DNA from: Octopus vulgaris
Taxonomy: Eukaryota
Assembly: GCA_951406725.2 (NCBI GenBank)
Contig: OX597820.1
Location: forward strand, 95,418,001-95,482,000
DNA length: 64,000 nt
Reading direction: 5' to 3'
The position numbers and the translations under genes were made by a program. Position 1 is the stretch's first letter, and each line of letters opens with the position of its first letter. Under the pieces are notes generated by a model. The model ran no database searches, was not told the origin of the DNA, and worked only from the letters and a program-made list of their open reading frames with translations. This document shows positions 13,731 to 28,454 of the stretch, piece by piece.

Positions 13731-14610
13731 CGGTAGGTCTGATCAATAAGTATCCGGACTGTTGCATAGTTACGAAGCTGAGGCGCACAGAGTGAAGCTG
13801 CTTGGCACAGATTGACCTTGTACTTTGCTGTGTATGCGCACTAAGTTTTAACGTTCTATCTTATTTTCGCTGTTTACAGCAGTGCTTGAAAGTAGTATGT
13901 GATCGTCGCATTGACTATGACAGAAAATTGAGCAGAGAATCTGAATCAAATTTTGCCAAAAGCCTGGCGATACCTGCGCAGAGGCCGACGCAAAGTCAAG
14001 AAGGTTTCATCGTTCTCGACACAATCAAGGAGATTTGTGCAACTGAAACCTGAGTGTCCTTTTGGTCAGCTGAAAGCCGTTTTGGCACAAACTTGGCAGA
14101 CACACGTCTCATACTCAAATTTTCAGTGATAATGGACTTAACTGAACTGTAACTAATTTACATATCCTTTGATAACTCACGGATGGTTATTCGACGATTT
14201 CTCCTCACAGCCGCACGCACATCTGCGGTGTTTTTCTCAGTTCTGTTGGTTGCAGGTCTCCCAGAACGTTCATCACTATCGATACTTTTCGGCCATCTTG
14301 AAAACGTCTGAAACACTCGTACACTTGTGTGCGGCTCACACACTCCTCTCTATATATTTTCTGCAACTTTGCGCAGGCCTCTGATTGGGTATCGCCACGA
14401 CAGCTTTCTTTGTGATGGTCAATGCGACGATCACACGTTACACACGTTACTTCAAAGCACTGCTGTAAATAGCCGAAGTGAGCTAGAACGTTAAAACTTA
14501 ATGCACATGCACAACAGAGGTCAAAGTAAATCTGTGCCAAGCGGCTATACTCTACATACTTTGGTTTCGTTACTATAGCAACAGTCCGGATATTTACTGA
14601 TAATACCTTG
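13731..14610. mobile_element. Mariner-derived fold-back element built from two head-to-head 5' ends
   Basis: TA-flanked inverted arms of about 260 bp. The minus arm continues into the transposase N-terminus (SRTQVYECFRRFQDGR..DERSGRP..NRRITIREL..SAKFVPKRL). Confidence 0.85.
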
Positions 14611-15947
14611 TATATGTATATATGTAAACACACACACACACACACACACATATATATGTAAACACACACACACATGTACATACATACATATATGTGTGTG
14701 TGTGTTTGTATGTTTTTATACACATACACACGTATACAAACATATATGCGTAAAAAACGCATATATTTGCAAGCACACATACACATACGCAAATAAAAAA
14801 AAACAGAATTTAGAAAATCACTCACAAGTTTAAATAGACATTTATTCACAAGACTAATTTTAATGGCCATAAAATAAAGACAGAAATCCTAACTCCCTAC
14901 TTCCTTACCTCCTTCCCCCACCATTCCATTATCCTCCCTTCTCCTACCTCCATACATACATCCATCGATCCATTCATCTATCCATTGATCCTACACACAT
15001 GCATCTATACATGTGGGTGCATACATACATACATACATAATACTCTCACGCTATCTCCCTTTCTTACACACACAGCTATTTTCTTTTACTTCTGGAATTT
15101 GGAGAAATGTGGTTCCTTTATAATACTTTTATGGCCATTAACATTAGTCTTCGGAATAAATGCTTATTTAAACTTGCGAATGATTTTCGAAATCATTCTT
15201 TTTCTGATATTTGTGCCTGAGTGTCTGTGTCTGTATGTGTCTGTGTGTTTGTGTGTGCATATATATAAGTGTGTGTGTTTTGTATGGCATAATATTTTTA
15301 TATTTGTATATATTATTTAACAGGCATGCATTGTATGTGTGCATATATATATATATATGTGTGTGTGTGTATGTGCGTGTGTGTGTGTATATATATACAT
15401 ACGCACGCACACATATACACGCACACTCTCACAGACATGCACGCATAGCTACATATATACATTCACACACATAAATACGCCACAAGTACAACTTCCTGTA
15501 TATCAACAAATGTCTAAAATTTGCAACGAATGTCTAAAATTTGCAAAAATTTGTAACGGATCGGAACTCTATTATCATTTTGTGTAGAAAATGAACGTGA
15601 ATTTCGTATTTAGCATGTAAAACTGTATTAATGTACAAAATGTTTTCCTCCTGTTCTGCGCAATCCACCAAGTATATTTGGATTTATATTATTAATTCTG
15701 TGGAGAATCGCGTCATTGATTATTGATTTATAACAAGCCAAACAGAGGTTCAATGAATGTTCGGTAGTGAGAGTGGTTAAGTGTATCTTCGCAACTCATA
15801 CAAAATAAATATCATCATTAATGGTTGTACTTGAAACAGCATCGGATTAAAATAATGATGCGTTCTATGTATTTTCCAGTTATAAAGTATGTATGCATGT
15901 ATGTATGTATCTATGTATGTATTTATGTATGTAGCTATGTATGTATT

Positions 15948-16021
<74 letters not shown>

Positions 16022-16099
16022 CATAATACATATACATGTATATAAGTATATATACAAATACATACATAGTCATATGTGTGTGTGTGTGTGCATATGTAT

Positions 16100-16221
<122 letters not shown>

Positions 16222-16226
16222 TACAT

Positions 16227-16257
<31 letters not shown>

Positions 16258-16280
16258 TATATATATATATGATGTATCTA

Positions 16281-16538
16281 TATGCTTGAGGCATATTTGA
16301 ACACGTAAGGAAGCCGTTCATTGTATTTTATCAAGAACATTTCTCGCTGTAGGCATAAATAGACAGTCAGTTCACAACGTCTCCTAACCACACTGTTGGA
16401 TGCTTGCATTTCGGAGTTGTTAGGTACGGTGTGAAGTGACTCGGTGTATTTACACCTATTTGTTTGCAGCGAGAAATTTTCTCCCTGACAAAACACAGTG
16501 AATGGCTTTCTTAGGGGTACGAATATAACTCAAGCATA
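16281..16538. repeat. 258-bp imperfect palindrome (MITE-like fold-back)
   Basis: TATGCTTGAG...CTCAAGCATA; arms pair almost to the centre near 16405. Confidence 0.8.
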
Positions 16539-16598
16539 TTTGAACTGATAAGTTTGAATTCACTCACATCACTGCTTTGCACTGTCATACCGTACATG

Positions 16599-16630
<32 letters not shown>

Positions 16631-16806
16631 CATACATACATACATACATACATACATACACGAAGACAAGTGTAAGAATATGCTAGACTATTAGTTTGAC
16701 GTGTGAAAAATGGAAATGTGTTAAGGTCAGTGGTCCAAATGCCACGTTGGACCACTGAACTCAACACGTTTTTTTTCATTCTCTCTCTATATATTTCTTC
16801 TTATTC

Positions 16807-16842
16807 CTTTCTGTCGAAGGGCGTAGGCTCGAAACGTAAAAG
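16807..16842 (+). ncRNA. Minimal hammerhead-ribozyme-like motif in a Penelope-like terminal fragment (core variant CUGUCGA)
   Basis: CTTT-CTGTCGA-A-GGGC-GTAG-GCTC-GAAA-CGT-A-AAAG: stem I, stem II and a loopless palindromic stem III, as described for Penelope-associated minimal hammerheads. Confidence 0.55.
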
Positions 16843-16866
16843 ACTTTTCCATTTTCCCGAGCGTCA

Positions 16867-16935
<69 letters not shown>

Positions 16936-16937
<2 letters not shown>

Positions 16938-17102
16938 CGTAGGAATGGCTGTGTGTTAAGTAGCTTGCTTACGAACCACATGGTTCCGGGTTCAGTCCCA
17001 CTGCGTGGCATCTTGTGCAAGTGCCTTCTACTATAGCCTCGGGCTGGTCAAATCCTTGTGAGTGAAGTTGGTAGACAGAAACAGAAAGAAGCCCGTCGTA
17101 TA

Positions 17103-17180
<78 letters not shown>

Positions 17181-17390
17181 TGTGTCTGTGTTTTCCCCCC
17201 CAATATCACTTGGCAACCGATGCTGGTCTGTTTATGTCCCCGTAACTTAGCGGTTCTGCAAAAGAGACCGATAGAATAAGTACTAGGCTTACAAAGAATA
17301 AGTCCTGGGGTCGATATGCTCTACTAAATGCGGTGCTCCAGCATGGCCACAGTCAAGTGGCTGAAACAAGTAAAAGAGTAAAGAGAAAGA
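16936..17390 (+). mobile_element. SINE family B
   Basis: Homologous to 11094-11487. Confidence 0.9.
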
Positions 17391-17453
17391 GTATATGAAA
17401 AATTGAAAAGAAATGGTTTTGATAATTTTCCCTCTTTAATAATTAGATGTTTG

Positions 17454-17498
<45 letters not shown>

Positions 17499-17774
17499 CT
17501 GCTTGTTGATAATACACCTGTCTTCGTCTTTTGTTTTTCTGTAAATTTCAACTATATATATATATATTTCTTTATTGCCCACAAGGGGCTAAACATAGAG
17601 GGGACGAACAAGGACAAACCCCCTGTGCTTAACTGGTACTTATTTAATCGACCCCGAAAGGATGAAAGGCAAAGTCGACTTCGGCGGAATTTGAACTCAG
17701 AGCGTAAAGATAGACGAAATACTGCTAAGTATTTCGCCTGGCGTGCTAACGTTTCTGCTAGTTCACCGCCTTGT

Positions 17775-18685
<911 letters not shown>

Positions 18686-18687
18686 CA

Positions 18688-18773
<86 letters not shown>

Positions 18774-18867
18774 GAAGTTACAAAAAAACAAAACAAAACA
18801 AAAAACTAAGACGGGTGTGTAAACAGCAAACAGATGTATTAGTTTAACGCTCGGGAAGTGAGAAAGT

Positions 18868-18903
18868 CTTTTACGTTTCGAGCCTACGCTCTTCGACAGA
18901 AAG
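18868..18903 (-). ncRNA. Second minimal hammerhead-like motif, within Penelope-like fragment at about 18768-18985
   Basis: Reverse complement reads CTTT-CTGTCGA-A-GAGC-GTAG-GCTC-GAAA-CGT-A-AAAG. Confidence 0.55.
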
Positions 18904-19750
18904 GAACACAGAAATAAACAGGGAGAGAAAATAGAAAAGGGTTTAGTGGCTAGCAATCTATCATGGTGAATGCCGGACAGAGGGGTATATAGGTACATAG
19001 ATAGATAGCCAGACAGACAGACAAGTGGAGGTAGGAGCAGCGCAATGGAATCGATGGCAACAATATTACTAATAATTGTAATAGTGTTCAGTGTGCTAGC
19101 TGAAGTAAAAACGATAAGGTAGTTATGGTAAAGCAAAAAAAGAAAAAAAATGGAGAAAACTTAGAAAAATCATTGCTGATTTTAATTTTTATTCGTAATT
19201 TTTATTTTCCTCATCGTGTTATTGTACTTTAGATTTTATTTTATTTTTATATTTATATATATATTTTTGATTTTACCTTCAATGTTTATTTTCTGCTGTT
19301 GTTTTCTTCAATAGTATAGTCTCATATCTTTAAATAAATTCTTCTTTAAGAATTTTTTTCTATTATCATTGCTACTCTGATCGGCTTAACTTTTGTCTAA
19401 AATAATCTCTCACCAGTTTCTTGAGTATTGCCATTAATATTATCAACATATTCATAACACTGCTCCCCCATCCGACCCATCCATTTACTAATGTTCTCTA
19501 GGAGACAAGAGTCATAACATATGGCTACATTGTAAAAAAAACCCAATGAACTGTGTCTGAGAGACAACATCGATGACGGCAATAGTATTTTTATTGAGTA
19601 AATTTGTTTAATCATGTATTTAGAACTTCGTAAGTTGGTATGAATATTTTGGTGCGTCTCTTCTGGTAAGTGTGTACAGGAAGTGTTATTAGTTTTAGTT
19701 ATATTTGGTTTTATTGGATTTAATCCTTTACTTCGACTATATATATTTAT

Positions 19751-19812
<62 letters not shown>

Positions 19813-19831
<19 letters not shown>

Positions 19832-19881
19832 GGTTAAGGTAAAATGCTAGCTACCTGATAAAATCTAACGTGGATTTTATC

Positions 19882-19939
<58 letters not shown>

Positions 19940-19987
19940 GATAAAATCCACGTTAGATTTTATCAGGTAGCTAGCATTTTACCTTAA

Positions 19988-20008
<21 letters not shown>
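19813..20008. repeat. Perfect 196-bp palindrome centred on (TA)20
   Basis: The 60-bp unique arm 19831-19890 is the exact reverse complement of 19931-19990; spacer and flanks are (TA)n. Confidence 0.95.
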
Positions 20009-20044
<36 letters not shown>

Positions 20045-20218
20045 GTGTGTGTAAAGATACGGGGAGTTTTCGTCAAGGTGACTCAAACTAACAGGCATGC
20101 CCTTTGAGTGCTCAATTTGGTATGCCACAAAAATCCTCGTTTGAACTGCAGTTGAACTATTGATTTTGTGATTGCCTTTCTAAAGTGGGTAGAAATAGCT
20201 TCCCCTTGAGCTAGTAGG

Positions 20219-20685
20219 TATAAATTAAAACAGAAAGGAAAAGGAAAACGGTTTGGCAAGTCTTGGCAAGGACATTTAATTTAGCTATGCAATAAAAAAG
20301 GCATACATAATCTCTTACAACTGTTTCTAGAACAGCCCAGCTACTGGAACATAGTGTCGAACGAGGATTTCATAGGTCCAGTCCTCAGGGTGGGGGTTAA
20401 ACAGATGTAACAGTGGAGGATCATTACTCATAAATGATATTATTGTAGTTCATTTTGTCGCGAAACAGAGGAGAAATCCAATTTACATCTGTTAAACCTC
20501 TCCCTTTCTGATGACAGTATTCAGGACCAATGCAATCCTCGCTCGACATGGTGTTCCAATAACTGAGAAGTTGTAGAAACAACTGTTAGAGATCATGAAT
20601 AGTTCTGTTTTTATTATATAGCTAAATTAAATGTCCTTGTCAAGTATTGTCAAACCGTTTGCCTTTTTATTTCTGTTTTAATATA
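20219..20685. repeat. Approximately 465-bp imperfect fold-back (MITE-like)
   Basis: Diverged inverted arms of about 195 bp (e.g. CAAGGACATTTAATTTAGCTAT and ATAGCTAAATTAAATGTCCTTG). Confidence 0.85.
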
Positions 20686-20689
20686 TATA

Positions 20690-21208
20690 TAGGTTGATTG
20701 AAAAGTAACTCCCTATTTTAAAATACTTATAAATTATTTATTAATTGTAATTTTTACAAAAACTGAATATGAGAGGAAGGCTTTTAGCATAATGTTTTAT
20801 TTAAAATACGATATGGGCTCCAGGTGTTGCCACCAGCTTCTTGAGTCGCCAGAGAATTGCGTCAACTGATTTCACCAGGAACTCTTGTGGGGTGGAAGAC
20901 TCAACTCCTTACATACGCCATTCAAGTTCTTCCAAAATGTTTGGTTTGGTACAATAGACTCGTTCCTTTAACCCACCCTAAAGAAAGAAGTAATAAGTGT
21001 TAAGTTGGGACTTCTGGGTGGCCACTCATGCGGACCACAACGATCCATCCATCTCCTGGAGAAGTGGGTATTCAACCATTTACGAACGACAAGAACGATT
21101 ACAGATTAAATTCTCATACTTAAAAAAAACCCCAAAATTTGAGAAAAAATTACAATTAATGAATAATTTATATGTATTTTAGAATAGAGTTACTTTTCAA
21201 TCATCCAG
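20690..21208 (-). mobile_element. Internally deleted Tc1/mariner-superfamily element (maT/rosa-like)
   Basis: TIRs of about 65 bp (TGATTGAAAAGTAACTC). Minus strand retains RCGPHEWPPRSPNLT..FFL*GWVKERVYCTKPNILEEL. Confidence 0.8.
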
Positions 21209-21230
21209 CATGTATATATGTGTGTGTGTG

Positions 21231-21291
<61 letters not shown>

Positions 21292-21294
21292 TTA

Positions 21295-21947
21295 TTTATA
21301 CATATAAATTTGACATGGGCGATTCTGCCTTGTGTTGGGGTTGACGGTCAAACGACTGGGTGGAATTGCGCGAAAACTGACACAGATGTGTAGAATGATC
21401 CGGTGGTGATGCTGGGCTTTGTATTTTTCATAGCTCTTATGGTTACCGAGATAATCTACTATAAAATACTCTTGTGTTTATGAATGAGAAAGGAAGGAGT
21501 AATAGATGAATAAGGAAGGAAGGGTTAATGTCATACTTGGTAGTGGGATGATGAAAATTGTACGCTGAAAAATAAATCAAACAGCGTTTCAGCTCTGTGT
21601 AAATATATGTGTGTGTATGTAAAAGGGTGTGTGTGAATGTGCGTGTGTGTGCGTGTGTGTGCGTGTGTGTGTGTGTGTGTTTGTGTGTGCGCGCGCATGC
21701 GCGCGCACAATGGAAGTGGGATGGTTCATCTTTGTTTGCTTAGTATTTGGGTTTTACTTTTGGACTTGGTTGAATCTTGGTTATTTTCTTTTTGCTGGTC
21801 AGCTATTTTTAGCGTTTTGACAGAAAAAAGTCATTCTAAAATTGTTTTTTAACGTAAGCGTGCCCAAACAAGTTGAATACTTACACAGAACAGGTTTTTA
21901 CAGCCACATCGTCCAAACCGACCGAGTGAAACCGGGCTTAGCTTCCA

Positions 21948-21950
<3 letters not shown>
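21295..21950 (+). mobile_element. Degenerate non-autonomous Helitron-like element
   Basis: 5' region AAACGACTGGGTGGAATTGCGCGAAAACTGACACAG and 3' CCGAGTGAAACCGGG hairpin-like end resemble animal Helitron-N ends; termini are eroded. Confidence 0.4.
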
Positions 21951-21990
<40 letters not shown>

Positions 21991-22623
21991 AGCTTATAGC
22001 CATGTATTTGAAAGCTATTAATAATAGAATTAACATATTGGGTTAAAAAAACAATATTAATTCGCTATCATTTCTAGTTTCGTATGGTTCGAATCATCTT
22101 ACCAAAAAGAATTATTTCACGTTCCCAAAGTTTTCAATTTCCTATGACATCAATGTATATATAACCATATAAAAGGACACATACAGATATTTTTTTACCC
22201 TAAGGGATGAAAGTTACTTATGAGTTTTGACGACTCACAAGAACTACCGAGCAAAGTGGAATTCATAGATAGCTGCCACAATTTGTTGTATGAAAAACAT
22301 TATATACCACTTCTGTTTTTTATGTGGAGTTCTGCATCATATGTTTTTCATTGTATAACATGCACCCTTTATATTGATTTCAAATTTTAGTTCAAAATTA
22401 GCAATTTTTAAGTCCATTACATCGATCCCAATGATCAGCTGGGTCTTAATTTATCGACCCCGGAAAAACGAAAGGCGAAGTCGACCTCAGCGGAATTTGA
22501 ACGTAGAACGTAAAGACGGACGAAATAGCGCTAAGCATTTTGTCCGGCGAGCTCATGGTTCAACCAGCTCGACGCACGCCTATTTGCAAATTAATATTCT
22601 CTCACTCATACATACACATATGT

Positions 22624-23037
22624 ATTTCTTTATTACCCACAAGGGGCTAAACATAGAGGGGACAAACAAGGACAGACAAAGGGATTAAGTCGATTACATC
22701 TACCCCAGTGCGAAACTGGTACTTTATTTATCGACCCCGAAAGGATGAAAGGCAAAGTCGACCTCGGCGGAATTTGAACTCAGAACGTAGCGGCAGACGA
22801 AATACCTATTTCTTTACTACCCACAAGCGGTTAAGCAGAGAGAACAAACAAGGACAGACAAACGGATTAAGTCGGTTAAATCGACCCTAGTACGTAACTG
22901 GTACTTATTTAATCGACCCTGGAAGGATGAAAGGCAAAGTCGACCTCGGCGGAATTTGAACTCAGAACGTAGCGGCAGACGAAATACCGCTACGCATTTC
23001 GCCCTGCGCGCTAACGTTTCTGCCAGCTCGCCGCCTT
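22624..23037 (-). mobile_element. SINE family A dimer with 24-bp TSD
   Basis: TSD TCTCACTCATACATACACATATGT at 22600-22623 and 23038-23061. Confidence 0.92.
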
Positions 23038-23106
23038 TCTCACTCATACATACACATATGTCGGCATGTCTGTGTTTGTCGAAGTAAGTCTGTGGATACA
23101 AAGAGA

Positions 23107-23157
<51 letters not shown>

Positions 23158-23952
23158 AGAGATAGAGAGAGACGGAGAGAGAAAGAAAGAGAGAGAGAGA
23201 TGTGAAGTGAATATACTTCCATCTATAGTCGCGCGGGATTTATTTGACATTTAATCGAAAAAGCATAGCGCTTATAAAAAAAAAAAAAAGATGCTCAACC
23301 GTATACTCAAATAACAACACTCACACGCACATATAGACATACATACAAACACAGAAAGATACCAGCAAATGGAAAATGGTCTACAAAGTCTTGTAAATGT
23401 ATTCATTCCATTTATTCATTTATTCCAATGTATTTGATTACCTTGTCACTTGAAATATGATTCTAACATAATTATTGATTTCTTTCCATAAAATCGGCTG
23501 TTAAGTGAGTGCATGAACGATAAATCTGCATTATATTAGCAGATTTACGCACGCACACACACACACATGTGTGTATATGTATACGCATATACGCACAGAA
23601 ATATGATCATAATAAAAGATATACATATATACATGTAGATACGCATATATAAACTTGTATATATATATATATGTATACATGCATATATAAATATACATAT
23701 ATACATATAGATATGCATATTTAAACAGACAGCTGTATATACAGACATATATGCATCTATGTATATATATATATACATAAATATATATATATATTTATAT
23801 ATATATACACACATATATATATATACATATATATACATACATATATGTATATCTGTACATATATATATATATACAATATTTAATAGATACATACGTACTT
23901 ACCTTTCATGCACTGACATACATATACACACCTACACACACACTATATATAT

Positions 23953-24006
<54 letters not shown>

Positions 24007-24058
24007 GAGAGATAAGAAGATAGATAGACTGATAGATAGAAAGGTAGAAAGATAGACT

Positions 24059-24118
<60 letters not shown>

Positions 24119-24368
24119 TATGCTATGTGTGTACGAGTGTGCGTCGGTGTGTGTGTACGTACGTGTGATAACTAACCACACACGTATCCCAGAAAGTACA
24201 TCTTTATTCGTCCAATCGAGCCATCTACTTACTGAAAGTTCTGAAAAGTAATTGTGGGTACTATGACCAATGTCTACATAAAATAAATGAACAGAAAGAG
24301 GGAATCTCGAATATATGTGTACTTGTATAACGAGGCGCTGGAGTGGCTATAGACTCAGGAGTAGCCAT

Positions 24369-24563
24369 AGGCACAGGAGTGGCTTTATGGTAAATAGCTT
24401 GCTTACCAGCCTGTGGTTCCGGATTCAGTCCCATTGTGTGGCACCTTGGGCAAGTGTCTTCTACTAAAGCCTCAGGCCGACCAAAGCCTTGTGAGTGGAT
24501 TTGGTAGACGGAAAATATATATATATATATATATTTGTGTGTGTGTGTGTCTGAGTGCGTGTC

Positions 24564-24602
<39 letters not shown>

Positions 24603-24673
24603 TATAGGTATATATTTGTGTGTGTGTATATATATATATATATAGATAGATAGATAGATAGATATACACGTCG

Positions 24674-24706
<33 letters not shown>

Positions 24707-24948
24707 ATGTGTGTATGCGTGTTTATGTGTGTGTATGTGTGTCTCTGCTTGTTCCCCACACCAAGATCGCTTTACAACCAATACTGGTCTGTTTACGTCC
24801 CTGTAACCTAGCGGTTTGGCAGAAGAGACCATAGAATAAGTACTAGGCTTACAGAGAAAATGTCCTGGATCGATTTGCTTGACTAAAGGCAGTGCTCCAG
24901 CATGGCCGCAGTCAAAATGACTGAAACAAGTAAAAGAATAAAAGAATA
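24369..24948 (+). mobile_element. SINE family B with expanded internal microsatellite
   Basis: Head and tail homologous to 11094-11487. Confidence 0.85.
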
Positions 24949-24950
24949 TA

Positions 24951-26060
24951 CAGGGGTTGGACAAAATAATGGAAACACCTAGCATCATAGCATCATAATT
25001 TTGAAATATCTATAAAACCGTCAAAAGATTGTTTATTTTTATGTTTATGATTTATTATTAGTGTTTATATGGCAGGTGGTAGCGTAACAAAAACAGTCGA
25101 AATATTTGGTGTATCAAGAAGAACTGTCTCGGAAGTAATGACAACCTTTGAGAAAGAGGGAAAAACCTCCCCGTCGAAACAAAGCCCTGAAGAAAACCAA
25201 AACTTTCAGATAGGGACCGTCGGACGCTTACGCGAATTGTTAGAAAGGATTACAAAAGTTCAACTCCCAAAATTGCTGCAGAGCAATAACTCAGTTTCCG
25301 TAAAAACTGTTCGCCGGGAGCTACACAAAGCCGGATTTCACGGGAGTGCTGCATTCAGAAAACCTCTACTTTCGAAAACAAACGTTGCAAAGCGTTTAGA
25401 GTGAAGTAAAAACCTACAGAATTGGTCCTTAGAGCAGTGGAAGAATGTTATTTTCTCGGATGAGTAATCTTTTACCTTATTTCCGACCACCGGCCGAGTA
25501 TACGTGTAGAGACAGCCAAAAGAAGCATTTGACCCAGACTACCTTCCTCCATCTGTTAAACATGGATGAGGATCTGTGATGATCTGGGTGGGGGGCTATA
25601 TCTTGGAAATCCGCCGGTGCAATAGTTTCCCTTCATGGCAGTCAAGACTATTTAGGCATTTTATCTGATCAAATTCATCCTATGGTTACAGAACTGTTTC
25701 TGGAGGGAAATGCAATCTTTCAGGATGATAATGTACCAGTTCACACAGCTAAAGTTGTTACTGAATGGCACCAGGAACATTCTAGTGAAGTTGAACATCT
25801 TATCTGGCCGCTACAGTCCCCAGATCTCAATATTATTAAACATTTATGGTGCATTTTAGAAAAACGAGTAAGGAGTCGATATCCTCCATTATCATCACTA
25901 CAGGAACTCGAGACTGTTTTAGCTGAGAAATGGACAAAAAATGCTTTGGAAACAATTCAAACTTTGTACGAATCCATACCTCGCAGAATTCAAGTAATTA
26001 GTGACATAGGCTGTCCTATCCCATATTAAAATAAATTTGCTTGAAATTTTAAGTCTCCTG
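24951..26060 (+). mobile_element. Tc1-like transposon pseudogene with DD36E spacing (Incomer-like)
   Basis: TA|CAGGGGTTGGACAAAATAATGGAAACACC left TIR. Disrupted transposase 25069-26029 with HTH, IFSDE and FQDDN-(36 aa)-K, the K occupying the catalytic E position in SPDLNIIK. Right TIR mostly deleted. Confidence 0.9.
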
Positions 26061-26376
26061 TAAAGTCTCGCTGTGACAGCAGTTGGCCTCGTGTGGTTAA
26101 TTATAAAACTTAGCGGTGGAACATAAGGAGCGCGTTTACATATTATTTTCATTGTTTTCATTTATCCTTTACCTGATTCAGTCATTAGATTTCTTCCATC
26201 TTGAGGCACCTCCTTGAAAGGGTTTAAGTCGAAACAATCGACCTCAATACTTTTTTTTTCAAGCCTAGTGCTAATCCAGTCGGCCTCTTTCGCCGAACCG
26301 CTCAAATATGAGGATGGCAGGACACCAACAACTGTTTTTGATGGGAATGGGGCACAAACACAGATACACACACACA

Positions 26377-26421
<45 letters not shown>

Positions 26422-26422
26422 C

Positions 26423-26455
<33 letters not shown>

Positions 26456-26761
26456 ACACACACACACATTCACGATGGAATCAATACATAGCTGTCACTT
26501 TATTAAATGCAAAAAATGATATACCATCTCTGCTTCGAGTTGTAAACCAGATAATGTTTCTTCACCGTATAACGTGCGCCCTTTATATTTCAAATTTTAA
26601 CACAAAACCAGCAATTTCGGGGAGGTGGTAAGTCTATTACATCGACTCCAGTAATCAACTGGTACTTATTTTATCGTCCCCGAAAAGATGAAAGGAAAAG
26701 TCACCTTGGGCAGAATTTGATCTCAGAACGTTAAGAGGCAATATATATGTGTATGTATGTT

Positions 26762-26808
<47 letters not shown>

Positions 26809-26962
26809 TAGAAAAATGAAATATCTTTTTATGGATAATTCGTTTAACCGATACCTGGGTAGCAAATTCACATCATAAATAACACGGTTGAAGTTACGTG
26901 CCTAGGGCAGAGACTACGTGTTTTCGTGTGGAAATTTGTGTGTATTTTTATTAAATTTATGA

Positions 26963-27107
26963 ATAAATGAAAGAATGGAGTTGAACGACAAATTAACAAA
27001 TTTCCTAGTAAATTAAATCTAGTAAATTAATTAGGAATATGCAGCCTTCGAAACATATGTCGAAAATAAAGGAAATTTGTTAATTTGTCGTTCAACTCCA
27101 TTCTTTC

Positions 27108-27113
<6 letters not shown>
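26963..27113. repeat. 44-bp perfect inverted repeat, Penelope-like head-to-head ends
   Basis: ATAAATGAAAGAATGGAGTTGAACGACAAATTAACAAATTTCCT (26963-27006) and its reverse complement (27070-27113). The spacer holds GAAACATATGTC, the 3' half of a hammerhead. Confidence 0.8.
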
Positions 27114-27141
<28 letters not shown>

Positions 27142-27453
27142 TTGCATACTCCCCAGTCCTTTCTTACATTAGTGTTTTTTTTAGAAACAAAAAATAAAAG
27201 GGGGTGAACCGGCAATATCGTTAGTATAACGGATAAGATGCTTAGCAACATTTTATCCAACTCTGTGTTCGAGGCAAAAATTCTGTCGAGGTTAGCTTTG
27301 CTTTTCATCCTTTAGAGGTCGAACACTGGGGCGATGAAATCAACTTGGCACCGTCCCCAAAACTGCTGGCGTTGCTCCAAAATTTGAAACCAATATTTTT
27401 AGAAACAAATATCGTAGATGCACGTATTCACAAAAGAAGCATACAATGAAACG

Positions 27454-27585
27454 CACACACACATATGTTCATATACATACACTCACACACACATATGTTC
27501 ATATACATACACTCACACACACATATGTTCATATACATACACTCACACACACATATGTTCATATACATACACTCACACACACATA
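27454..27585. repeat. 30-bp minisatellite, about 4 copies
   Basis: Unit CACACACACATATGTTCATATACATACACT. Confidence 0.9.
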
Positions 27586-27723
27586 TTAAATCTAGTAAAT
27601 TAACTGATATTTGTTTTCAGTAAAATTAGAATAACCATTACAAAACTCTAATTATAGATTTTTAAATTATATTGCAACATTACATCATTTCTGCACGCCT
27701 CTGCACACATACTAAAATTCTTC

Positions 27724-27791
<68 letters not shown>

Positions 27792-27839
27792 TTACAAATA
27801 TACATATATTTATACATGTAATTACATTTATACCTACAC

Positions 27840-27882
<43 letters not shown>

Positions 27883-27998
27883 CATATCAAAGGGAAATGG
27901 AAATTAATTAATTTTGTGGTTATAGAACCTAGCTGTTTTTTCTAGCGTGTTGAATCCCACGAGTGAATTCTTCATGTGTTTAAAAGTACACTGTATTT

Positions 27999-28042
<44 letters not shown>

Positions 28043-28420
28043 TATACAGAAAGACAAACGTAGACTCTCTCATTCATACATACATTGGCGGAGAATCGCT
28101 TTAAAACCTACAACTTCTCTCTCTGTCTCGATTATATATTTATAGTTGCTCTCATAAGCATTAGTGCAATTAGTTATGTTAAGTGTCTAAATAGTAATCT
28201 TGAAAAGCAAGTCGCCTTTAATTAATTATTTTGTAAATTAATTCCTGCATAAACAGAAGTTTAGCCTGCGGTATGTGTATACGTACACATTTATAAATAT
28301 GCAAGAATTCATACGTGTACAGAAGTTGAAGCATACATATCTATGCAAGCATTGGCAAGGGAGCTTTAATTAACCTACTTAACTATTACCTACCGGCATT
28401 CTAAACACACACACACACAG

Positions 28421-28454
<34 letters not shown>

